NCBI GenBank assembly: GCA_001871445.1 | Contig: MNVD01000025.1 | Span: forward strand, 8,808-72,807 | Direction of reading: 5' to 3' | From: Candidatus Magasanikbacteria bacterium CG1_02_41_34 | GTDB taxonomy: Bacteria; Patescibacteriota; Patescibacteriia; Magasanikbacterales; UBA922 | Length of the DNA stretch: 64,000 bases | Part shown: piece by piece, positions 1 through 7,773 of the stretch | Layout of the letters: each line of letters starts with the position of its first letter | How positions within the stretch are numbered: position 1 is the first letter of the stretch | Notes under the pieces: model-generated | Database searches by the model: none | Seen by the model: only the letters and a program-made list of their open reading frames with translations | What the model was told of the DNA's origin: nothing | Made by a program: the position numbers and the translations under genes

Positions 1-403
1 ATCCTTTTTCAATCACAAACTTTTTCAGTTCTTCTGGCAGTTGAAATCTGTATACTCCATTCTCTTTTTTTTCGAGAAGAGTAGCAATACCGTGCACATG
101 TCCAGAGACGAGATGTCCTCCTATTTCATCACCAACTTTTATCGAGCACTCAATGTTCAAGCTATCGTTTGTTTCCAAATCGTAAAGCGTTGTCAAATTC
201 AGCGTTTCATTGGTCAAATCAAATGATACTGTGTCATCTTGAATGCTGACCACAGTCAAACACACACCAGCCACACACACGCTCGCTCCTATCTGAAGAT
301 TACGGAGAGATACATCACTAAAGAGAAGTGTGAGCATTGCCCCGTGTTCATGTTTTTTACATGATGCGACCGTCGCTGTTGATTGTATAATGCCGGAAAA
401 CAT
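1..403 (-). CDS. ribE: Riboflavin synthase alpha subunit, N-terminal part (gene runs off the window start)
   Basis: Minus-strand translation from the ATG at 403 gives MFSGIIQSTATVASCKKHEHGAMLTLLFSDVSLRNLQIGASVCVAGVCLTVVSIQDDTVSFDLTNETLNLTTLYDLETNDSLNIECSIKVGDEIGGHLVSGHVHG. This is the classic MFTGI(I/V)..G riboflavin synthase (lumazine-binding) N-terminus. There is no stop before position 1. It is absent from the ORF track because it runs off the edge. Confidence 0.72.
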   Translation of the reverse strand, partial: MFSGIIQSTATVASCKKHEHGAMLTLLFSDVSLRNLQIGASVCVAGVCLTVVSIQDDTVSFDLTNETLNLTTLYDLETNDSLNIECSIKVGDEIGGHLVSGHVHGIATLLEKKENGVYRFQLPEELKKFVIEKG

Positions 404-472
404 AAAGATAATTTTTAATTCCTCATTCTTTATTCATACCACCATACTACGTTTCTCATGCGCGTTCGTCAA

Positions 473-504
473 ATTGACAACGTATTTTTATGTATAGTAT
501 ACTC
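473..504 (+). promoter_or_regulatory. Sigma70-like promoter candidate upstream of the heptad-repeat gene
   Basis: TTGACA at 473-478, an 18-nt spacer, then TATACT at 499-504, in an AT-rich intergenic region. Confidence 0.3.
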
Positions 505-531
505 GATATGTATTCAATAAGAAGTAATACT

Positions 532-918
532 ATGGAGGAAAATATTACTCTCAAAGATGTATTCACTGCGGTGCAAGGCGTCAAGGATGAAGTGCGGGGT
601 CTGAAAAACGAGGTGCAAGGTGTGAAGGATGAGGTGCAAGGTGTGAAAGATGAAGTACAAGGTGTGAAGGATAAGGTGCAAAACCTCAAAGAACTTGTGC
701 TTGCAAACCAAGAAAGTATTGAATTTATCAAAGACAACGCTGTTACCAAAGATGAAATGAAAGAAGAACTTACGAAGGTTCGAAACGAAATCACAGAACA
801 TGTTGACGGTTTTGTTGGATTATACAAAGATCACGATACAGAGCTCGCCACTGTTATCTTACGTCAGCAAAGACAAGAGAAAAAGATAAAGAAAATTATG
901 GTGCATGTTGGTATGTAG
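532..918 (+). CDS. Hypothetical coiled-coil protein with heptad VKDEVQG tandem repeats
   Basis: ORF 490-918. The likely start is the MEENITLK ATG at 532. It contains 5-6 tandem 7-aa units (VKDEVRG/LKNEVQG/VKDEVQG...), then a K/E-rich helical tail. A terminator follows. Confidence 0.5.
   Translation: MEENITLKDVFTAVQGVKDEVRGLKNEVQGVKDEVQGVKDEVQGVKDKVQNLKELVLANQESIEFIKDNAVTKDEMKEELTKVRNEITEHVDGFVGLYKDHDTELATVILRQQRQEKKIKKIMVHVGM
571..696 (+). repeat. Six tandem 21-bp coding repeats (unit gtgcaaggtgtgaaggatgag)
   Basis: Directly visible tandem 21-nt units encoding V(K/Q)DEVQG heptads inside the 532-918 ORF. Confidence 0.8.
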
Positions 919-946
919 CCAGACATGGCGTGATTGAAGAAGGGAG

Positions 947-980
947 CAAAAAACCCACCGAATCAGTGGGTTTTTTGTTT
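947..980. terminator. Rho-independent terminator (bidirectional A-run/hairpin/T-run)
   Basis: aaaaaCCCACcgaatcaGTGGGtttttt located after the stop of the 532-918 ORF. Confidence 0.6.
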
Positions 981-1082
981 TCATCAGCCAGCCATATCGT
1001 CGTGAAGAAACAGTACAGAGGAGAGAGACTTCCACGAATGGAAGGAATCTGTTCCGTGCCTTTACAGATGTGACTGACTTGT

Positions 1083-1195
1083 GAGAGAGTAAACGACCGA
1101 AGTGCCCATGAAGGGCGATTCGATCGCCTTTGAAACAATCATGAAAACATCATTGCTTTAAAGGATCGACGAGGAGTGCTGCTCGTCGTCGATCA
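1083..1195. repeat. Bipartite structured repeat, copy 1. Module A is 1083-1143. Module B is the hairpin at 1164-1195.
   Basis: Module A: gagagagtaaacgaccgaagtgcccatgaagggcgattcgatcgcctttgaaacaat. Module B: gatcgacgaggagtgctgctcgtcgtcgatca. Both modules recur at 5224-5404 with about 90% identity. They lie 3' of the minus-strand high-GC gene. Confidence 0.65.
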
Positions 1196-1282
1196 TGCAA
1201 AATTACAAAGAACAATTGAGTGCATTGTGTCAGCTCCTGGCAGAGCACTCAGCGAGGCCAGGAACTTTTTTGCGTGGGTCTA

Positions 1283-2842
1283 TCAGCGGCTGACGCTGCC
1301 GTGCCCGTCGCACGCGGTGCACGAGAGATCGAGCGTGCCGCTGGCCAGGAAGGCCTTAGCGGTGCTCTTGTCCACGCGCACGGTGTTGCCGCAGCCACAC
1401 CGGAAGCACCGCCCGCCGATGTCGGTGAATGTAGTGACCTTTCCGACGATGACCTGCGGCTCGGGCTCCGTGGGGGCTTTCACCACCTCCACGACTTGTG
1501 GAACCTCTTCCACGCGCTCCCGCCAGCGCATGTGGAGGTTCCACCCACCGTACTTCTGAAAGGCCAGAAGTTCGAGGGCCCCACCGGCACAAGCGACCCG
1601 GTAGATAACCTGCGCCTCCGCGTTATCACACCGCTCCCCGAAGGGCCGAGAATGATTCACGCGAGACACGTACCGGCGGTCGTCATAGGCCTGGTACATC
1701 TGGACGCCATTCCGACCGGCGATTCGGCCGTACGTCCACGACGCTGCGTCATACGACGAGACGCTTTTCAGGTCATCCGGCAGCTGGCTATGCGCCAGCA
1801 TGATGGCCTGAAAACGGACGGCTTCGTCGAGCAGACGCTGTTGCTCGAGGATGGCTGCTGCCTGTCGCTCGACCTCCTTTTTCTTGGCGCTCTCAGCCCT
1901 CTCCGAGGAGAGATCAACAAACGTGTGGAGCCTCGCGAGATCGGCGAGAGTGTACAAGAAGCTCTCGGAGAACTGAGCATCTGGTGCCTTCGCACAGAGG
2001 CAATCCTCGTGATCATAAAAAACGATCCCGAGCACCTCCATGCGAGGCTTGAGCGCCTCGAACCCTGCCTCGAATTCCTTCTTTTCGGTATTCTTTGCTT
2101 CCTCTTCGAGCACCTCGGCCTCGGTCCTGTCGACCTCGGCTTCGGTGTACTCGCGAAGATCCCAGATGGACTCTCCATAGTGGAACGTCTCATCTTCGAG
2201 GGTGATCCCCTTGAGCCCGATCGCCATGCGACGCTCGGACATGGACAGGAGACGTGGCTCGAAGACCGGCTTTTGCGTGGCATTCGCCGTACGCTGCCGA
2301 GCAGCCTCTGCTTGCTCCTCCGCCTCACGAGCTTTGCGCGCTTCGATCTCGCGCCAAGCCCCTTCGACGAAGGTCGCATCAAACGTCCCGACTTCTCGCC
2401 CTGTCTCCCTATCGAATTTGGAGGGCACTCGTGTTGCCACGAGCGTCCGATCCTTGTTCGGTCGGGAGATGAGGTAGCACTCTACGTTCTTCGCCCTTCC
2501 GGCGGTGTGGACGTAGAGCACATCCCCGGGCAACAAGGCCCAGAGCGACTGTTGAAGCTCGCCGATCTGCTCCCACGAGCCGGCGAGTGTTTTTTTTACT
2601 CGCTCCCACAGAAGCTTCGGCTGCCCAGCACGTCGCTGAGCGGTCGCCCCTCCCATGGTCGTGCCGTGCGGTCCGTACGGCCGCACGTACACCACCACGG
2701 CACCCTGCGGTGCTGTGGCCGCGACCTCCCGTGCCACCTGAGGCACGGCAGTCTTGGCGAAATCCGCAACGAAAAATTCTCCAATCCCCTGCTCGGGGAC
2801 AAGGAGGGTCTCAACGGTCTTGTTGGTGTTCTGGTTCGCCAT
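1283..2842 (-). CDS. Hypothetical protein, high-GC ORF (about 519 aa). It is coiled-coil and E/R-rich with a C-terminal Cys cluster (CFRCGCG...CTACDGHG).
   Basis: ORF 1283-2890. The best start is the MANQNTNKT ATG at 2842, preceded by GGAGAGGAGG. GC is about 63% with GC3 strongly biased. The overlapping plus-strand ORF 1220-3001 is judged to be an antisense artefact of the high GC. Confidence 0.5.
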   Translation of the reverse strand: MANQNTNKTVETLLVPEQGIGEFFVADFAKTAVPQVAREVAATAPQGAVVVYVRPYGPHGTTMGGATAQRRAGQPKLLWERVKKTLAGSWEQIGELQQSLWALLPGDVLYVHTAGRAKNVECYLISRPNKDRTLVATRVPSKFDRETGREVGTFDATFVEGAWREIEARKAREAEEQAEAARQRTANATQKPVFEPRLLSMSERRMAIGLKGITLEDETFHYGESIWDLREYTEAEVDRTEAEVLEEEAKNTEKKEFEAGFEALKPRMEVLGIVFYDHEDCLCAKAPDAQFSESFLYTLADLARLHTFVDLSSERAESAKKKEVERQAAAILEQQRLLDEAVRFQAIMLAHSQLPDDLKSVSSYDAASWTYGRIAGRNGVQMYQAYDDRRYVSRVNHSRPFGERCDNAEAQVIYRVACAGGALELLAFQKYGGWNLHMRWRERVEEVPQVVEVVKAPTEPEPQVIVGKVTTFTDIGGRCFRCGCGNTVRVDKSTAKAFLASGTLDLSCTACDGHGSVSR

Positions 2843-3138
2843 GATATCCTCCTCTCCCGTACGCGGGAAGGTGATTTCTCTCTCACACATACCCCATGGC
2901 AGGAAGTACAGAGAAAATGTATTTGTATTGCAGTGGTGTGTGAGGTATCCACTACAATAGGAAAATCCCTTTTAAACCTTCAATCTTTATTAAAAATTTG
3001 AAAGGGATGGCGAGAGTGAATTAAATTCAACTCTCGCCAAAAAAAAACGAATGCAAAATTTCAAAGAACAAAGTGGAGTTGTTTCTTTATCCTCCCCTTC
3101 GTACTCCATGACGAAGGAGAGCAGATTTTAGGAGAAGT

Positions 3139-4971
3139 TTAGTTGCCCGGCTTCTCCTCGGGCTTGAGCGCCCCGCCGGCCACCTCGTCGAGCTTGCCGC
3201 CGTTGTTGCGGACGGCGATGCCCGAGTCGAGGTGGAGCTCCTCCCCCTCACCAATCAACGCGACCACCATGGTCTCGTTATGCTTGTTGGTGGAGGCCGA
3301 GAGGCTCCAGGCCGCCGCGGTCCCGGTGGACCGGTGCGAGATGGAGCTGCCGCTGCTGCGACGGCTCATCTGCACCCAGGAGGCGCCGCGCTTCCACGCG
3401 ATCATCCCCTGGCGGTTGCCCTCGTCCCACACCAGGTGCCCGCCCTTGTCCTTCTTTGACACGAGCCGCGCAGGGAGGTGCCAAACGCTCTCGGGGAACG
3501 GGACGTCCTCCGGGTCGGGGAGCTGCATGAGCAACTCGATCCGGTCCCGCAAGCGGTCGTCCACCGAGACGAACATCTGATCCCAGCTCGCACCACCCGG
3601 CTGCACGCGGAAGTAGAACCGTCCGAAACCCTTCTGCGGGTGACGGCCGAAGTTGGCCAGCCACGCGCGGGCGTCGAACGTCCCCTTCTCGCACCGCAGG
3701 GCGGTCTCGAGAGCGGAGAAGTTCACAGAGCTGTAGAGCGTCGCCTGGAGCTTGGTGCCGTTCCACTCCTTGACGGAGCGGATGGTCACCCAGCCGTCAG
3801 GATGCTGCGGGATCGTGGAGATGAGGTAGCCGGGCAGGACCGACCCCGCTCCCACTCGCCGGAAGCCCTCGCCGTTCCACTTGTACGTCTCGAGCTCGAT
3901 GATCTCACCCTTGTGGGTGATGACCAGCTTGCCCTTGATGTACGCGTGGGACTCGTCTGGCGTCTCCGGCAGCACCAGGAGGAGCTGCTCGCGGAAGAGC
4001 GGCCGGTAGTCGTACGTGTCACCGTACGTCTGGACCGCTTCGCGCGCGCACCGGATGAGGAACTCGATGTCCTCCTGCTCCTCGAGCCACTCCGTCGTCG
4101 GCGCCACCTTGGCCTGCGAGGGCTTCAGGTGTCCGTCGACGACGAGCTGCCAGGAGAACTTGGACTCACCGGCGATGTAGTCCGGCGAGCTGGCCGAGTT
4201 GAAACCCGTCCAGATCGTGCGCCCGAGCTGCTCGTACACCGCCGTGAGCGCGGCGTAGTCGCCGGTCTCGTGGAAGGCGTCGATGGCCTTGCGGCTCATC
4301 TCGACTTCATGCTGACGCTGAGCCGTCTCGCGCTTCTCCTGGACTCGGCGGCTGATCTCGTACGAGTCGAACCGCGCCGCCTTGAGCAGCTTCTCCGGCT
4401 TGTCGGCGGCCCAGGCGTCGAGGCGATCGCGGTAGGAATCCCCATCCTCGCCGTCCTCGATCTCGGGCCAGACCAGCTTGTCCGCCTGGAGCTGCGTCTT
4501 GCGCTGCTCCTCGGCGAACTGCTCAGCCGCGCCACTGGTGATGGCGTCCAGGACCTCTCTGGCCTGGCCACAGAACGTCGGGCAGCCCTTGCGGCCACCG
4601 AGATTCGGCAGCCGACTGCGCCAGCTCTCGGCCTGCGACCGCGGCATGGCCTCGATCTGCCGCTCGATGAGGTTGTCGAACGCGGTGCGAGCCCGGTTCG
4701 TCCCCTCCTGAGCGCGGTCGAGAGCCGCGACGAGCCGCTCCTTGCCGATGAGCTCGATGGCCGCCGCGGCCCACTCGAGCGCCGACTTCTCGAACTCGTC
4801 CATCGTGCGGGTCGACGGCGTGATGCCGCGCCCGCTTCCGTAGCTCTCCTCGTCACTGTGGGCGACCACCGCGGGGGTGGCGCCCTGGTTGTTGTCGATC
4901 TCGATGGCCGCCTTGACGGCCTGCTCCGGGGACACGAGTCCCTGCTTCAGGAGCTGCTCCAGGATGCTCAT
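3139..4971 (-). CDS. Hypothetical protein, high-GC ORF (610 aa)
   Basis: Long minus-strand ORF with protein-like composition (MSILEQLLKQGLVSPEQAVKAAIEID...). GC is about 64%. I recognised no domain. The plus-strand ORF 3478-5076 is an antisense artefact. Confidence 0.5.
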   Translation of the reverse strand: MSILEQLLKQGLVSPEQAVKAAIEIDNNQGATPAVVAHSDEESYGSGRGITPSTRTMDEFEKSALEWAAAAIELIGKERLVAALDRAQEGTNRARTAFDNLIERQIEAMPRSQAESWRSRLPNLGGRKGCPTFCGQAREVLDAITSGAAEQFAEEQRKTQLQADKLVWPEIEDGEDGDSYRDRLDAWAADKPEKLLKAARFDSYEISRRVQEKRETAQRQHEVEMSRKAIDAFHETGDYAALTAVYEQLGRTIWTGFNSASSPDYIAGESKFSWQLVVDGHLKPSQAKVAPTTEWLEEQEDIEFLIRCAREAVQTYGDTYDYRPLFREQLLLVLPETPDESHAYIKGKLVITHKGEIIELETYKWNGEGFRRVGAGSVLPGYLISTIPQHPDGWVTIRSVKEWNGTKLQATLYSSVNFSALETALRCEKGTFDARAWLANFGRHPQKGFGRFYFRVQPGGASWDQMFVSVDDRLRDRIELLMQLPDPEDVPFPESVWHLPARLVSKKDKGGHLVWDEGNRQGMIAWKRGASWVQMSRRSSGSSISHRSTGTAAAWSLSASTNKHNETMVVALIGEGEELHLDSGIAVRNNGGKLDEVAGGALKPEEKPGN

Positions 4972-5094
4972 TCCATTTCTCCAGGGCTTTCGCCCACATG
5001 CTCTTTCCCATTTGGAATGACCGAATGGTCTTCAGACGATGGTACGACGGTACCGTGTCTTATCCATCAGGATTGAGCAGATTCTAGGCACATC

Positions 5095-5158
5095 ACTGTG
5101 CCCTTCTTCCAATTTTTTTAACGCAAAAAAACTCCTGAAGGGCACAGTATTATTTTTT
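5095..5158. promoter_or_regulatory. Nested palindrome upstream of the 3139-4971 gene, which also forms a plus-strand terminator-like hairpin
   Basis: A 12-bp perfect inverted repeat, actgtgcccttc (5095-5106) against gaagggcacagt (5137-5148). It encloses an inner T7-aacgc-A7 palindrome and is followed by a T-run at 5151-5158. Confidence 0.4.
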
Positions 5159-5223
5159 ATTATGTAAAGAACATAATATATTCCCAATTCTAAAATCTGA
5201 ATTCATAATTCTTCATTCGAACT

Positions 5224-5404
5224 GAGAGAGTAAGCAACCGAAGTGCCCACGCGGGGCGATTCGGTCGCCTTTGGAAAAATGATTTTATGAAATCATTTCT
5301 CGGAAGGAACATCATATATACACATATTTTGTAATGAACCGTTGCCAAACCACAGAGTGATTTGGGCATCTTGGTCGACGAGGAGTGCTACTCGTCGTCG
5401 ATCA
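5224..5404. repeat. Bipartite structured repeat, copy 2. Module A is 5224-5285. Module B is the hairpin at 5373-5404.
   Basis: Module A: gagagagtaagcaaccgaagtgcccacgcggggcgattcggtcgcctttggaaaaat. Module B: ggtcgacgaggagtgctactcgtcgtcgatca. It lies 3' of the minus-strand high-GC gene 5454-5972. It contains small hairpins (ggcgattcgRtcgcc) and a larger imperfect hairpin. Confidence 0.65.
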
Positions 5405-5453
5405 AGTGCAATTTTGCCACAGTCTTCACCGCTGGGGCTCGGTTATATGTCGG

Positions 5454-5972
5454 CTAGAGAGGGAGGTACTCGTCCACCTCCTCGAAGCGGACCGGGGCGT
5501 GATTCACGCGCTCCGGGAACTTCGAGAGGATGGCCTCATCGTGGACGCGAACACCCACGACGTAATACACCCCGCGCTCTGCGCCGAACAGCTTCACGTG
5601 GTGGCGCCGAGCCACCGGGTTCACCGGCAACCGGGCCTCCTTCTGCGTCACGAACTTCCCCGTAAGCACCTGACCAAGCCATTGCTTGGTAAACTGCTCG
5701 AGGTCGTTCCCCGCGACACCGCGGGCCGCCGACCACACGCCCGCCACGTCCAGCCAATTGCTCCCATCGTGGGAGCAGACCGCCGTGTACCTGGGCAACA
5801 TCCACCACCAGAGGGCGGGGAGGCCGAAGAACAAGGCGGCGAGGCCCACGACCGAGTCGAGGCCGCTCTGGTCCCAGACGCCGTCGGCGGCGACGAGGAT
5901 GTCGTGCCCGAAGGCGGCGGCGATGGCGATGACGACGGCGCTGGCGATGACGACGGCGATGAGCTTCTTCAT
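5454..5972 (-). CDS. Hypothetical membrane-anchored protein, high-GC ORF (172 aa)
   Basis: MKKLIAVVIASAVVIAIAAAFGHD... is a hydrophobic N-terminal anchor with a W-rich region. The RBS is TAGGAGGT. GC is about 64%. Confidence 0.5.
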   Translation of the reverse strand: MKKLIAVVIASAVVIAIAAAFGHDILVAADGVWDQSGLDSVVGLAALFFGLPALWWWMLPRYTAVCSHDGSNWLDVAGVWSAARGVAGNDLEQFTKQWLGQVLTGKFVTQKEARLPVNPVARRHHVKLFGAERGVYYVVGVRVHDEAILSKFPERVNHAPVRFEEVDEYLPL

Positions 5973-6019
5973 GATGACCTCCTAAAAGGCAAAGCAAACT
6001 CACCAACATGGCGAGTTGC

Positions 6020-6069
6020 GAGAAGCAATCAAGTGACAGTACTCATTACTGTCAATTTCATTGCTTCTC
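6020..6069. promoter_or_regulatory. Nested palindrome upstream of the high-GC gene 5454-5972
   Basis: Outer 10-bp inverted repeat gagaagcaat (6020-6029) against attgcttctc (6060-6069). Inner 8-bp inverted repeat tgacagta/tactgtca (6034-6054). Confidence 0.35.
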
Positions 6070-7363
6070 ACAACTATTTTTTCTAGTCAATTTAAATGAA
6101 CAACTTTCAAAAAAGTTTTTTCTCCAAAACTCTCGGAAAGCTAGGCGCGCAGACCATCTCAACCATCACGAAAAGATGATCTGTCACCATAGCCTTCTGA
6201 AAATTCTGCTGCTGCGAATTTCTTTCATGCACTATCTAACTAAATATATTTTCTCAAGTGCAAATGCGAAGAAGTAACTTCCAAAATGGGATTATTTTAT
6301 ATGTACACCCCGTGCCGTCACACTCCGCACAGTCATTCCAAAACAGTGGTAATGAATGTTTACACGTTGTACACAATGTTCGAATACTCATACACACGTA
6401 TTTACTTGTCTACTTACTACTTGTTACTTAATGAACATTCATCGCAATATATGCAAATGATGTCGCGAGTGTAAGAAAAATAAATTGGATCATACCGTTG
6501 TAAATAGTTTTCTGTATTTTTTTTGTTTGAAAGAACAATCATCAGTCTTGTTTTGCCAAGCAAAACATATTCTTCAATCTTTCTCTGCGTAATACAGAGT
6601 GTTCCCACTTTCATACATCTTGCGATGTATGAAGGAGGAACGCACTCGGTACTACAGTTTCTGATGAGACTGTAGTCTGATCGAGAAGGAGTGCCTTACC
6701 AAATTTCTTTAGCAATCACTATCAACTCCCATCAGCATTCTCCGTAGCCAAAGCGTTGGAGAAGAAAACCAGATGTGTATCTCACATCGCCGGAAAGAAT
6801 CTCTCTCCATAAGTCACGTGGCGTGAGCTTTACGGGACCTTTCCTTTTCTCGGGCGATGCGGGATCAGACACTTGTAAAGATTTGTATGCGTCAGTAGCA
6901 GACTACAAACTTCCGCATCCTTGTTCGTCTCACAACAAGCGAGAGACGAACTCAGACGTTTTGGAAGGAACCTTGCTCCGACAGATATGGATGGCAGTAT
7001 GTGGTCGAACGATGAATCGGTGGTGTACTCTAGAAAGATGTACTGTGCCGTGTCGTTCTTTGTCCGCCTTGGGCGGATTATGACCTCTCTCCGTGTCATC
7101 CATGTCTGTAGAAACAAAAACACTCTCTTGGTGGAGAGAGTATTGAAAATTTTTAATTTCCTTGGGCTCTCTCCTTCCCTTGGATATCCGTATTTACATT
7201 ATAAGGTGGGGGTCAATCTCGCTTCCCCTTTTCTCATGTTGACGGAATACTATATCACGCAATGCGATATTTGTCAATACTGAGTGGATAGTTGTTGTGG
7301 ACATATCCATTTTTTTGCTTAATTAAAGCCTTTTTTTGTACAAAATAACCTGTCCAGATATAC

Positions 7364-7392
7364 TTGACAAATAATGCACGGTGTGCTATAAT
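7364..7392 (+). promoter_or_regulatory. Consensus sigma70 promoter (TTGACA, 17 nt, TATAAT)
   Basis: ttgaca at 7364-7369, an exact 17-nt spacer, tataat at 7387-7392. It would drive a leader containing the structured repeat at 7487-7640 and then the TrmB-family gene. Confidence 0.55.
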
Positions 7393-7486
7393 ACTGCTAT
7401 ATTAAGCCAAAAAATCCGTCTTTTCATTCCAAACAATTTAGCAGTATACACGAAAAAATGGCTTATTTTAGAGAAAAAATAAAGTT

Positions 7487-7640
7487 CTCCCCCTATCAAG
7501 GGGGGTTGGAGGGGGTCTTCGAAGTCAACATACCCTGAATTGCACGTCTTACGTACTAAAGACCCCTGCCCGCAATGCTTTCCCGATTCAATCGGGATTG
7601 CAGGCGGGCCGCCTCAATCACCCCCTTAGTAAGGGGTTTA
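7487..7640 (+). repeat. Multi-hairpin palindromic intergenic repeat, copy A (possible structured RNA leader)
   Basis: Hairpin ctccccctatcaagggggg. A 46-nt core cccctgcccgcaatgctttcccgattcaatcgggattgcaggcggg at 7564-7609, identical to the reverse complement of 15839-15884. Hairpin cccccttagtaagggg. Confidence 0.6.
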
Positions 7641-7773
7641 AGGCCCTAAAACTTATCCTCAAATAACTTTTTACTCACATTTTTCCCTTATTTTAGCCAA
7701 ATTCCCCATTTATCCCGCCTTTGGCAGGGATCCCGTCCAGGCGAAGCACTGGCGGGACTATTTACCAACCCAT

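Noticed and set aside
404-531. Possible FMN riboswitch upstream of ribE
   Set aside because: The leader is AT-rich and lacks the conserved G-rich RFN-element blocks.
1220-3001. 593-aa plus-strand ORF overlapping the minus-strand high-GC gene
   Set aside because: The composition (L/R/G/P-rich, low complexity) is typical of an antisense frame in high-GC DNA. The minus-strand frame has a strong RBS and protein-like composition.
3478-5076. 532-aa plus-strand ORF antisense to gene 3139-4971
   Set aside because: Same reasoning. It is R/L/G/D-rich and antisense to a better ORF.
5385-6086. Plus-strand ORFs (233 aa and others) across the 5454-5972 region
   Set aside because: They are antisense artefacts of the high-GC ORF. 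The 536-6009 minus-frame ORF is also an R/H-rich low-complexity artefact.
6650-6700. CUGAUGAG motif suggestive of a hammerhead ribozyme core
   Set aside because: The flanking complementary segments (ctacagt/actgtag) pair across the motif, so it forms a simple hairpin loop. The required stem I/II/III topology and GAAA element are absent.
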